Positions 1 to 17,798 of a stretch of 64,000 nt of DNA are shown here, piece by piece (the first letter of the stretch is position 1; each line of letters starts with the position of its first letter). The notes under the pieces are model-generated. The model ran no database searches. It worked only from the letters and a program-made list of their open reading frames with translations, and had not been told where the DNA came from. Both the position numbers and the translations under genes were made by a program. This DNA comes from Eledone cirrhosa (Eukaryota), in assembly GCA_964016885.1 (NCBI GenBank), contig OZ024745.1, positions 23,374,001 to 23,438,000 on the forward strand, in the 5' to 3' direction.

Positions 1-5
1 CACCC

Positions 6-89
<84 letters not shown>

Positions 90-199
90 TATATCCCCAG
101 GGACTGTGACGTGAATGGTCACTCTAGGTTCACTCAGGTGAGCACTCGATGTTTAGGTTCACGTCAGTGGCGAGGTGTAGAGCTAGATAGAGTGCAATA

Positions 200-386
200 T
201 AATTGTTTCTATTTTTGGCACAAGGCAGCAAATGCCCAGTGTATTACTGGTACTTTATTTTATCGACCCCGTAAGGATGAAAGGCAAAGTTAACCTCGGC
301 GGGATTTGAACTGAGATCATAAAGGGAAGTAACTCTATGCTTCAAAGCATCGTTTCCAACTCTCTACCGCTACTGCCACTCCACCG
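200..386 (-). mobile_element. tRNA-derived SINE (octopus-type family)
   Basis: Minus strand reads TGGCAGTAGCGGTAGAG (A-box-like), GTTCAAATCCC (B-box), then core GCCTTTCATCCTTACGGGGTCGATAAAATAAAGTACCAG; same family recurs many times in the window. Confidence 0.85.
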
Positions 387-708
387 ACTTTACGGCAGAG
401 AGTAATATAAGGATACAAGGACGATTTGTTAAGCCTTCCTTACGTTTATTGATTGGTGAGGCGCGTTTCACTATTGATCAGCTCAAGGTTCGATCTGGCC
501 GGACTCTGTAATCAAAAGCTCGATGGCGCAGCTCCATCACCTGATTATGATGCAAGACAGGACGATCTCATCAGGTGTCATCCGCAGATTAGGTTCACCC
601 CAAACATAGCTTGGAAGATAAGGAAAAGAAAATACAGGACTAAAAATAAAAAATTCGATTGAGGGACTCCCTACAAAAACAGCTGATATGTTGATATGAG
701 GCAGTCAG

Positions 709-975
709 CCTCATCATCATCATCGTCATCGTCATCATCGTCATCATCATCGTCATCATCATCATCATCATCATCGTCATCATCATCATCATCGTCATCA
801 TCATCATTGTCATCGTCATCATCCTCATCGTCATCATCATCATCGCCATCATCATCATCGTCATCGTCATCATCGTTGTCGTCGTCATCACCACCACCAC
901 CACCACCACCACCACCACCACCACCACCACCACCACCACCACCACCACCACTACCACCACAACAACAACAACAAA
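709..975. repeat. Compound (CAT/CGT)n-(CAC)n-(CAA)n microsatellite
   Basis: Direct reading. Confidence 0.95.
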
Positions 976-1054
976 ACAAAACGGTAAAAAACATGAAATC
1001 TAATCTGAAAAGAATTGAAGAGTTAATAGGAAAATATTAATCATCTTTCTTTAA

Positions 1055-1935
1055 TATATATATTGTCACCATACATACACACACATACACACACATACAC
1101 ACACATACACATACACACACATACACACACATACACATACATACACACACATACACACACATACACATACACATACACATACACATACATACACACACAT
1201 ACACACACATACACACACATACACATATATATATTGTCACCATCTCTCCATAGTGTCTATAGCACACATACATACACACACATACATACACATACACATA
1301 TATATATTGTCACCATCTCTCCATAGTGTCTATAGCACACATACATACACACACATACACACACATACACACACATACACATATATATATTGTCACCATC
1401 TCCCATAGTGTCTATAGCACACATACATACACACACATACACACACATACACACACATACACATATATATATTGTCGCCATCTCTACATAGTGTCTATAG
1501 CACACACACATACACACACATACATACACACGCATACACATATATATATTGTCACCATCTCTCCATAGTGTCTATAGCACACATACATACACACACATAC
1601 ACACATACATACACATACCCACACATATATACATACATACAGACACACACATACATACATACATACATACATACATACATACATACATACATACATACAT
1701 ACATACATACATACATACATACATACACATACATACATACACATACATACACAGTTATATACATACATACATACATACATACATACACATACATACACAT
1801 ATATATATTGTCACCATCTCTCCATAGTGTCTATAGCACACATACATACACATATACAGTTATATACATACATACATACACACACATACACACATACACA
1901 TATGTTATCACCATCTGTACATAGTGTCTATAGCA
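1055..1935. repeat. Minisatellite: core TATTGTCACCATCTCTCCATAGTGTCTATAGCAC separated by variable (CA/CATA)n
   Basis: Core recurs at ~1061 (partial), 1232, 1306, 1389, 1470, 1547, 1806, 1902. Confidence 0.9.
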
Positions 1936-2064
1936 CACATATACACACATACATATATATATATATAGAGAGAGAGGCACATACATACAGAGAGGTACAT
2001 ACACACACATACATAGAGAGAGAGGTACATACACACACATACATACAGAGAGGTACATGCACAT

Positions 2065-2097
<33 letters not shown>

Positions 2098-2193
2098 AAT
2101 AAACAGCAAGAGAGAGGCATATGCATACAGATATGTACATACACATACGTACGACGTAGAGAGTGTTATATATACACACATAGATACAAGCAC

Positions 2194-2305
<112 letters not shown>

Positions 2306-2454
2306 CTGGTTTACACAGTCACATCATTTCAAAACAAGAATGATTTATGAGTGTTACACATAAGCATGAGCATTTCATTCTAGTTTTCAATTTTGTGTTT
2401 GACATATTTGACTCTGTAACATGTCTGTCAGTCTGTCTGTCTATCGATGTATGC

Positions 2455-3640
2455 CTGTGGAATTATGTCGAATAGCTACTGTCACGTGTGGGACGCATCC
2501 AGTTGTCATCCGAGTCCATCTTGAGGATCACCCCGCTGTCTTCATTTAAGAATGAAGGAGAGGCGGTTTTCCTCTGTCTGGTGGTTATGGCGAAAGAGGT
2601 AATATGGTGGACGAGGTTAAAAGGACTGAGGGCAAACACCTTTCTCTCTGGACAACTTATCCCCTTCTTTAAGTACCACTTCAGAAGGAAGGTGAGAGTG
2701 GAGAGAGAGGTGCTACACGCCAGTAAATTCGCTGAAAGGTGGGTGAATGTGGCGAAAATGACCCGAGTGAATGGGCCTTCTATGTATATAAACCTGTAGG
2801 TTGAGGAAGATAAACAGAGGGAAGACGGGAACATCTACAAAACGTGTTCCTGGTGTTGAGGGTTGTTCTATCCACGGAGTGTAAAACAACCCCGCACTAA
2901 CGCCCCCTCCCCCTAATGGGGATTTCGATTGTTTTATTTTATATATAGTTTATTGTCACCTTTGAGCTGACTTTTGGGAGGCTCCCATACAGCTCTGAGT
3001 TTTTCATCCTCAGTGTATACTGATTAATGTTCAGAGCCATCCTCAGCATTCTCGTGTAACACCCATCCACCATCTGAGTGAGTTTCTTGGTCAGTGTCCA
3101 AGTCTCAGACCCGTACAGCAGCACAGACTCCCCTACAGCAATGAAGAGGCAGATTTTCAGGTCTTTACGAAGGTCCGACTTCCACACCGATCTCAAGCTG
3201 TGGCACGCCACCCAGGCTTTGCTCTTCCTCTCAACCACATCATCTTCCGTATTCCCAATCTTTGCTCACAAAAGTCAGCTCAAAAGTGACACAGAGGAGA
3301 CTGAGGTTAGCTGGACATGCTCACCGACATCCCGAGTTGTCATTGCACTCAGTGCTCCTGTGGGAGCCCCTACATGGAAACACTGGAAGTGGAAGACCAA
3401 GGTTAACGTATGTTGATGCCCTAAGGACAGACACTGGTCTGTTGGAGACGCAGGACATGGCAGGGATAATGAGGGACAGAGATCGCTGGAGAGAACTCGT
3501 CCATGGGTTTCGGGAATTTTACCCGCCCTAGAAATAGTTTATTGTCATTCATTATTGCTAAAGATTTTATGTAAAACCCCCGCCATCACGTCTTGTAATG
3601 TCCCATTTTTGTACGCCCTTGTGACAAATAAAGAAAGATA
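2455..3640 (+). mobile_element. L1/Tx1-clade LINE 3' fragment, interrupted in its 3'UTR by an RTE insertion
   Basis: ORF 2488-2799 (...CLVVMAKEVIWWTRLKGL...RRKVRVERE...FAERW) is homologous to the copy at 34058-35095; 3'UTR ends CCTTGTGACAAATAAAGAAA. Confidence 0.75.
2959..3533 (+). mobile_element. RTE-like LINE 3' fragment with 5' inversion and 14-bp TSD
   Basis: Minus segment SVLLYGSETWTLTKK...DGCYTRMLRMALN; plus segment RRLRLAGH...GRPRLTYVD...DRDRWR; TSD ATAGTTTATTGTCA at 2945-2958 and 3534-3547. Confidence 0.85.
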
Positions 3641-3752
3641 TCTATGTATGTGTGTGTCAGTCTGTTTGTCTATCTATGTATGTGTGTATGTGTGCATGTA
3701 TCTATATGTGTATATGTCAGTCTGTCTGTATATCTATGTATGTGTGTATATG

Positions 3753-6700
3753 TTATCTCTTTCTCTTAATTTCGAGTATATTTTTTTGACCGGCCACCTT
3801 CCTGGTGGCAAGGTTGTAAAAGAAAAGAAATTGTCATCCTTTGAATCGCAAGAATGTTTTGCAAATTTTGAAGGTGCCAGCTATCGCAGCCATTTGTAGA
3901 CTATGAATTAGGGAGCTGCGCTTTTTGTCCGCAAATCCAAGTTCAGTCATACTTTGGTCCAAGCGGGTTGGTATATAACCCGTAGCTCCAATAATGATGG
4001 GTATGAAGCTAAAGGTGTATCTTGGATACTGGATTTGTAAACTCCTCACCAATGGTCCGTAGATGTCCTCCTTCTCCTGTATTATTCTCACAACGTTTAC
4101 AACAAGTGGGCAGCTGATCTCCACAACAGAACACGTTTTCAATGTGTGGTCCCAAACAACAATATCAGGCCGGTTGTGCTTTAATTTGGTGGCAGTTTTT
4201 ATTTTCAGGTTCCACCAGTATTCCTTAGTGCCATCTGTCTCAATATATTCTTCCTCGTTTGTTGTTAATTTTGTTTTCTGAAGTGCGTTCCAGATGGTTC
4301 TAGCTATCCCATCGTGTCCCATAGGGAGGTAGTAGCGAGATGACATTCTTTCGCAGCTGGCAACAATGTGGCTTACATCCTCGATCTTTGTTTTACATAG
4401 CCTACATTTATTGTCAGCTGCTGGCTATCCCCTTTTGTGCACCAGATATTTGGTAGGGAGTTCTTGTTCCTGTATTGCATAGAGATATCCCTCAAGGTGT
4501 GATGTCATAAACTTGTCGGAACTCCATGCCAGGCTTTTTGAGTGGTTTATCCCCTCTATGGTCTGTGTTTTACGTCTCAAGTATCCATGCACAACTTTTT
4601 CTGTAAATTGGTCAATTTTTTCATCTTGTTTGAATATTGAATAGGATCTTCCGATTTCTCTGGCTTTATATCAGGCTTTATTCCATATCTCTCCTCCAGA
4701 TCAGTCGCTATTCTAATGATATTTTTTTTTTCATGCTCATAAACCTGGGCAAGATGGTTGCCAACCTTTTTCCTCTGTTGAAGGTGTTGCTTCAGTGTTA
4801 CTATCTGGGTCTCATATGTTGTTAATATGGATTTTAGACCCCGGCCACCTTCCTTGCGTGAGAAGTATAGCCTATCCACATCACCATTGATGTTAAAGTT
4901 CCCAGTAACACTGTGAAGTTTGCGAGTTCTAACATCCATCTCACTTAGTTCTTGCAATGACCAGTTCAGCAGGCCAAATGTTGGCGTTAGAATTAGCACA
5001 GCATAAGTATTGTGGGCAATGTATTTGTTGTACGCTGACAGTTCTGATGACCATATTTTCTTTACTCTTCTGAGGTATTCAGTTCTGGTTCTCTCCTTAT
5101 TTATGGGTCCATCATATCTGACATTCTCATCCTGTTCAAGATATCTGTAGTTGTCACCTGACTGTAGAGGTTGTATTGTCAGGCCGTTCATCTCTAGATT
5201 TCTAGAGGAGGGCACAGCTCTTCCACGTTTTACTGCCAAATATGCACACTTGGACTCACCAAATTTCATTTTGATGTCTGTTGAAAATTGTGTAATGAGG
5301 TCCAATTGTTTCTTGATGTCATTGATATTTGGCCCATACAACTTCAGGTCATCAACAAAGAAAAGATGGGAGATACTTCTGGACCCACTTCTTTGTCCAC
5401 CTTGCTTCCTGAGTAGGCAAGATAGTGGATTCAGTGAGAGAACGAAGAGTAGCACTTACAAGCTATCACCCTGAAAGATGCCCTTCTGGTAATGTATCTT
5501 ATCAGTCTTAACTTGCTCCTTCTCACCTCTAAGGATCAAATTGGTGTACCAGTTCTTGGTCAGGCGTTCAACAGCAGCTGACAATGGTTGTGGGACTTTG
5601 GCTAACTGTAAAGCCTTAATAATCCACCCATGAGGTACACTATCAAATGCTTTTTGATAGTCCAGCCACACCACAGTCATGTTTCTGCGATTCTTTGTAG
5701 TTTTTTCCTGAATCATTTTATTAGTTAGTAGGTGATCTATGCAAGCCTACACCTCCCTCTTTCCACCAGCTTGCTCAGGTGTTATGATGTTGTTGGTAGT
5801 ACAGTGATCCTGTAAGAACAGGTTAAGGTACCCAGTATATAATTTATACATGATGTTTTGGCAGGCTATTGGGCGGTAATTTTTAGCAAGGGTGGTTTTG
5901 GGAATGAGGAGAGTAGTGGCAGTTGATAACCATCTGGGCAGTTCTTGTGCGCCTTTAATTGTTTCTGTAAACAGCCGTATGAGATCTTGCCGATAGAAAG
6001 TGAAATTCTTCAACCAGTATCCTGTTATGAGGTCTGAGCCTGGTGATTTCCTATTCGACATTTTCTGTAGAGCTGTTTCCAGTATTGACCCATCTATGTC
6101 ATATTGTTTTGTCTGGACATGTTGGCAGTAGTCCTGTTCCAGTTCTTTTAGCCAATTAGTTTGTCTGTTGAATCCGTCATCCGTTTCCCATACAAATCTC
6201 CAGTAGCTCTCAACCTGTTCTTTTGAAGGGGTGTCATTTACAGGGATTGAGCTTTTGCCACCGAAGCTGCGATAAACTGATTTAGGATCTCTGGCAAACA
6301 ATCTATTTAGCACTTGTCGTTTATGTGCTGTTGACTTATATTTTAGTCTTTCTATTGTAGCTGTGTGTTGTTGTTTCAACTGGTGTAATTTGGAGTTCAA
6401 AGTTTTAAATTTGGTATCTCCAAATCGTCTCTCTAACTTTTCTTTCAGGTCTTCCTGGTGTCGTGTGAAGTTGCTCTCTATGTTGCATTTCATAACGACT
6501 GCGATGTGTGAGATACTTCGTCTCAGGGACAAAATTTTGCTTTTTAAATTTCGCATCAACGCTGATTCAGGCTTTTTGTTTGTATCTTGATTGCGTGGTT
6601 TTAGATGTGTGTTATATGATAGCAATGTGACAGCTGAAACATATAACAAAATATTAAGCGTTTCAAATGTCGTTTCTACACCTTTAGTTCGTATAGCCTT

Positions 6701-7960
6701 CAGATAATTGCCAGCTATTTCGTTCACCGCTTCCAATTCCAATTTAGTGGGTTCTTTACTGATTCTGGTGTTGTATGGTCTGTCACTTACATTACGGCTG
6801 TGTATCTCTTGAAACATATCGTCCCATATCACTTGTAAGGTGTCCACAAGTTTTTGGTGTTCTGTTTGTACAGTAGAGTCATGAATTTCAGCCTCGTTGT
6901 TGATGTGGTGACAATTACTACTAGAGTTAGCTGACCATTCTTGCTGTTCTTCAGTGGAAGTGGGATGGATTTCAGCAAAATTGTTGGTGAGTTGTTCACT
7001 GTTAGATTTAGCTGGCCATTCTCTTTGTCTGTCAGCGGAGGTGGGGTGGGTGTCTACAAGGGCTGTATTTGTAGTATCACTCAATTCCGTTAGATGTATC
7101 AATTTACATCTAATGATATGTTTTGCCTGTTCATTTAAATGCTTTGGAGAAAAGTCTAATTCTGGGTGTTTGGAGTTCCATAAAGTTTTTAGCCTTTGCA
7201 TAAAACCGAACTTTTGGGGTTCAGATTGTTTGTATGCTTCATATAATTCTTTGTTAAGCTCGTAGCTCCACTGTATACAACGGTTGTAGTTGCGATTTGG
7301 TCGAAGGAGACTTGTACTTTTTGCCATGATGAGTTCGTCTATTCACTAATATTTCGTATTTATTTTTCAAAATAGTCGATGATCTTCATTAAAAGTTTCG
7401 ACAAAGTTCTGTCAGAATCAAATTTAAAGTTATTCACAGCTTGGGTAATATTTCTTTTCAGTTAGTTTTTAATTCTACAACTGTGTTTTAAACGTTGTTC
7501 TTGAATCGTTTGAATCGAGAACAAAAAAGAACCGTTACTTAGTATATTTCTTTATGAATGTAATATAATATAACAACGCTGTATTTATATGTTAAAGTTT
7601 ATGTATCATTCATATAAATAGGTGTTCTACAACTTATTCACAACATATTCACAGTTCAAACACTTATGTTTTTGTTTCTGAATCGAAAACGTTACTTGTA
7701 TATTTCTTTATAAATGTAATATAACAACGTTGCATTTATATGTTAAAGTGTATGTATCGTTCATATATCATAAGTGTATGTATCGTTCATATAAATAGGT
7801 GTTTTACAACACACTTACAGTTCAAACACTTATGTAGAATTATTGTATGTAATCTTACCGCGTAATGTAGATCAACTTTTTCCAATATATGGTATGTTGC
7901 CTTCATGTAAGCCGTAATTACACACGTCCGATTATCGGACACTGACCACAACGGTCGCCA
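3753..7960 (-). mobile_element. R4/Dong-like RLE-type non-LTR retrotransposon, near full length, decayed
   Basis: Single-ORF layout RT + CCHC + restriction-like endonuclease; ~630 bp 5'UTR; 3'UTR hairpin GCCACC-aggaa-GGTGGC; same TGTA/TCTG microsatellite on both sides. Confidence 0.85.
3834..7327 (-). pseudogene. Disrupted RT / zinc knuckle / RLE ORF of the R4-like element
   Basis: KSPGSDLITGYWLK, NYRPIAC, WLDYQKAFDSVPH, KGIFQGDSL, HLFFVDDLKLY, RLYFSRKEGGRGL, CRLC..H...C, HNRPDIVVWD..VEISCP; split by stops/frameshifts near 5747, 5456, 4577. Confidence 0.85.
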
Positions 7961-8745
7961 TTGTATGTATGTATATATGTGTATGTATCTATGTATGTGT
8001 GTATGTATCTATATGTGTATATGTCTGTCTGTCTGTCTATTTATGTATGTGTGTATATGTGTATGTATCTATATGTGTGTATGTCAGTCTGTCTGTATAT
8101 CTATGTATGTGTGTGTATGTGTATGTATTTATATGTGGATATGTCTGTCTGTTCTCAAACAGCGATTTTCATTCTCCTTAGTCCATCCATGTCCTCTTTC
8201 GTAGGGCAAACTCCTCCGACCCACTCTTCTACAGTTAACATCGCTTACAATTTCTCTTTCCTTTTCGAATTAGCCAACACCAAAGAACGTTTTCCTTCAC
8301 AGTCTTTTCACACCTGTACACACGTAAACGTCCTATTTATTTTCAAAAGAATCGATTTGTTTTTTGTTTGTTGTTTATTTGCAGCAGCTGTCTGTTTATT
8401 AGAGAGGATTATCGAGACCTCTGGCTGCCATGGTCCCCGCACTGCTGATTTCCTTGGTAAAGTCGGAGGGTGGCCCCCGCTTGAGGAGGGAGTCCCCTGG
8501 GGGTAGCTATTGCAGCAGGGTATCTCTGGTCATTCTCTGTGTTAACACTTTTGCTGCTATGTCCACGGGCTTCGGCTGAATGACTCATCAATCAAACTGG
8601 GTGGAGTGACTCTCCATCATTCATCCTTTTCTTTCCCCGACTTGATCCTTCTTTCTTTCTCTCCTTTTAATTCCCTCTCCTCTCCCTTGTCTCTTCCTCT
8701 CTGTTACATATCTTAGTTTACTTTTATATATTATTTGATTCAATA

Positions 8746-8965
8746 GGACGGAATATTAGCAGAATCGGTAGAGCGTCGTACAACATAACTAGCGACATAG
8801 TGTTACGGCCCTTTACTGTCTGAGTTCAAATCCCACCAAGATTGGCTTTGCGTTTCATCCTTACGTGGTCGATAAATTAAAGCACCAGTAATACACTGGG
8901 GTAATTTGATCAACTTTCCCCTCCACTTCAAATTGCTAGACTTGCACCTATAGAAACAATTCTTT
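8746..8965 (+). mobile_element. tRNA-derived SINE
   Basis: TAGCAGAATCGGTAGAG, GAGTTCAAATCCC, TTTCATCC..GGTCGATAAA core. Confidence 0.8.
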
Positions 8966-8989
8966 GATTCAACTGAAAGACTCACGTAT

Positions 8990-9210
8990 TCTATGTATTC
9001 TTCCTCTATGGATGATTAAACACTCACCTCCATATTCCCAAACATTTTTCTCTACCTGCCTCTTCGCATTCTGTGTCCTTCTATATCTTTCATTTCTCTT
9101 TCTATCTTCTGAAGAAGTACTATTGTCCGAAACGTTAAGACAATTTTCTTTACTAATATATCTCTTCATTACAGTGTATTGTTTACTTCGTTGTTTCCGT
9201 TTACTTTGCA
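8990..9210 (+). mobile_element. Penelope-like pLTR-type fragment with degenerate hammerhead
   Basis: 9105-9140 TCTT CTGAAGA AGTAC tatt GTCC GAAA CGTT AAGA; homologous to 25735-25856 and 27790-27915. Confidence 0.65.
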
Positions 9211-9310
9211 CAGACACTCATACACAGACACACACACTCACACACACAAATATATATATGTATATATATATATGTTTGTGAGAAAAACCACAAACCCTCC
9301 ACCTCAATTC

Positions 9311-9350
9311 TACTTTTGAAAAGCAGAAGAACTGCGAAAGCGGTAAAGGA
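9311..9350 (+). ncRNA. Degenerate hammerhead ribozyme motif
   Basis: CTT TTGAAAA GCAG aagaa CTGC GAAA GCGG TA AAG: stem II perfect, first core box mutated. Confidence 0.4.
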
Positions 9351-9410
9351 ACCAAATAAATATATATTTTTATAAAAAAAGACTCCAATTGTATTTATTT
9401 CATCTTTTTT

Positions 9411-9501
<91 letters not shown>

Positions 9502-9506
<5 letters not shown>

Positions 9507-9700
9507 ATGTAATAAACAATATAAGATAATTATTTCATTTACCAGTGGTTTCTTGAGGACAGATATTTATATCTGTCCTCAAGAAACCACTGGTAAATGA
9601 AATAATTATCTTATGTTGTTTATTACATAACTAAAAACGTCTGTAGCCTACATAGAGCACTCTCTTTTCCTTTACCTTTCCTACGGAAATACTTCATTTA
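9502..9700 (+). mobile_element. Fold-back Penelope-derived element (65-bp arms plus tail) in (TA)n
   Basis: 9502-9566 is the reverse complement of 9569-9633 (2 mismatches); arms carry the HHR 3' half GAAACC-act-GGTA; tail shares TACATAGAGCACTCT with 29515-29560. Confidence 0.7.
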
Positions 9701-9721
9701 TATATATATATATATAACTTT

Positions 9722-10013
9722 ATATTGTTATACTTTGGGAGGGTCATGTTGCCAATAAGAAACACACGCACCAGTTGCTTTCACTTCAATTTATTATAAT
9801 AAATTTATAAATTTAGGAATTTATAAATTTCCTGTTGGTTGGTTCCACAACCAGATGGTTGTTTATATATTGTCAAAGTTCTTTCGTCACACATTCTGTG
9901 ACCTCTGTGTGTTTCTTATTGGCAACATGACCCTCCCAAAGTATAACAATATCGGTTTCAACACACGTATTCAGATAAAGAATCTTGCTAAACAAATTCA
10001 TAAACGATATAAC
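9722..10013 (+). mobile_element. Non-autonomous Penelope-like element with inverted end and 3' tail
   Basis: 9722-9767 inverted vs 9907-9952; terminus GACCCTCCCAAAGTATAACAATAT and tail resemble 31995-32075. Confidence 0.65.
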
Positions 10014-10048
10014 TTTATATATATCTATATATATATATAACTTCAAAC

Positions 10049-11791
<1,743 letters not shown>

Positions 11792-12588
11792 TATATATAA
11801 AATTAAGTATGTGTGTGTGTGTGTCTGTGTATTACCTATAGGGGCCTACATCTTACAATCGATTTTCATGAAACTTTACAGGCTCATAGATTAGTCATCA
11901 GGGAGTGTTTTCTATATATCAGCGTATCGTTTTTTTTTTTATTCCGGGGTCATTCTGCAGATAAGAATCGATAGGGGGGTCACCTTTTTTTAGGTATCGA
12001 AAAATAAGATTTTTGGCTCTAGCTCCCACATTTTCCCACCGATTTCGTTCAAATTTTAAAGCAAAATAGGATTTATCACTGCATATCCTGTAATGGCATT
12101 TGTTGTTCAGGAACGGTGTGGCAGCCGCTTAAATATTCAAAAATACCACTTTTAGACTCAAATTTCCATTTTTTCGGCTCTAGTTCCCACATTAATCAAC
12201 TTACTTTGTTCAAATTTTACACCACGCTAGATCTGATTATTTCACGTCTTAAAGTAGATTTACATTTTGGATTTTAATATCAGGAACGGCGTGGCAACCG
12301 CTTAAATATTCGAAAATACCACCTTTTCGCTCAAATTTCCGCCTTTTCGGCTCTAGCTCCCACATTTTTCAACCGATTTCATTCAAATTTGAAACCCCCC
12401 CCCCCCGCCAGCATGCCCCTTCGTCAGTCATCCGCGTTTCTCAGTGATAGAGTTCATCACCTCCTACCCCGCATGTCCTGTGTGTGGCCAAAGATGAGTC
12501 ATCGAGAAGCAGTCGCTAAGATCAACACCTTTTCATCAAAGTAGATATTATTTTTACATACCCAGGCAACGCTGGGTACTGCTGCTAG
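11792..12588 (+). mobile_element. Second non-autonomous Helitron-like element in tandem
   Basis: 3' CCCAGGCAACGCTGGG-tactgctg-CTAG; internal repeated GGCTCTAGCTCCCACATTTT..CCGATTTC blocks. Confidence 0.7.
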
Positions 12589-12606
12589 TATATATATAAA
12601 CATATG

Positions 12607-12653
<47 letters not shown>

Positions 12654-12779
12654 GGGTGAGAGGTAGGGAGTTATATATATATAGTTGAACTGACAGATAG
12701 ATACATATTGCTCGACTTTGTTTTGTTACATAATATATAGGAGCGCCGAACGTCGTAAACATAGAGAGAAGAGAAATTA

Positions 12780-16900
<4,121 letters not shown>

Positions 16901-17043
16901 GTTTCTGTGTTGTTTGTCTTTAATATAATGTTTGTTTACGTTTTCTCCATCCCTACATTTCATCAGCCAGCCTCTCTCACTCGCTCTAATTCTATCTCTA
17001 TATTTATTTCTGTCTTTCACTCTATTTATCTATCGGTGTGTGT

Positions 17044-17135
<92 letters not shown>

Positions 17136-17798
17136 TTCTCGCCGCCTCTCTGTCTCTATCTCCATATCTTCATCTGTCCTTCTCCTTATCTCTCTTTATA
17201 TCTCCTTTTTGCTCTCTCTATCTCCCCTCCACCTCCTTCTCTATCTCTTCCACTCTCACCCTCCCTATCGCTCCCTCTCCCCCTCTCTATCTTTCCCTCT
17301 CTATCCCAGGAATGTCGCAGTATATAACATACAGCAGTATGTAACAACACGCAAATATGATACATAACAGCACTCCTCATACCACCACCACCACCACCAC
17401 CACCTCAGCACCTCACCACCACCTCTACTACCTCACCACCACCACCACTACCACCACCTCTACTACCTCACCACCACCACCCCAACCACCACCACTACCC
17501 CCTCACCACCACTTCCTCTCTTACTACCACCACCACCTCACCACCACCTAGCTACAGTAACAACAACAACAACAACAACAGAAATAACAACTGCCAAAGG
17601 AAAAACAAAAACAATAACAATAATTACTACTACAGGAACAATAACAACAACAGCTACAGGAACAGCAACAACAATAACAACAGTTACAGCAACAGCAACA
17701 ACAGCTGCAGGAACAACAATAACAACAAAATCATCATCATCAACAAGACAGGTGCCTCTGTTAGAAATGAAGAGAAACGAGGCAATAGAATCGGTTTT

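Noticed and set aside
455-580. Minus-strand CTGATGA...GAAACGCG possible hammerhead
   Set aside because: No U16.1 and no convincing stem I or stem II closure.
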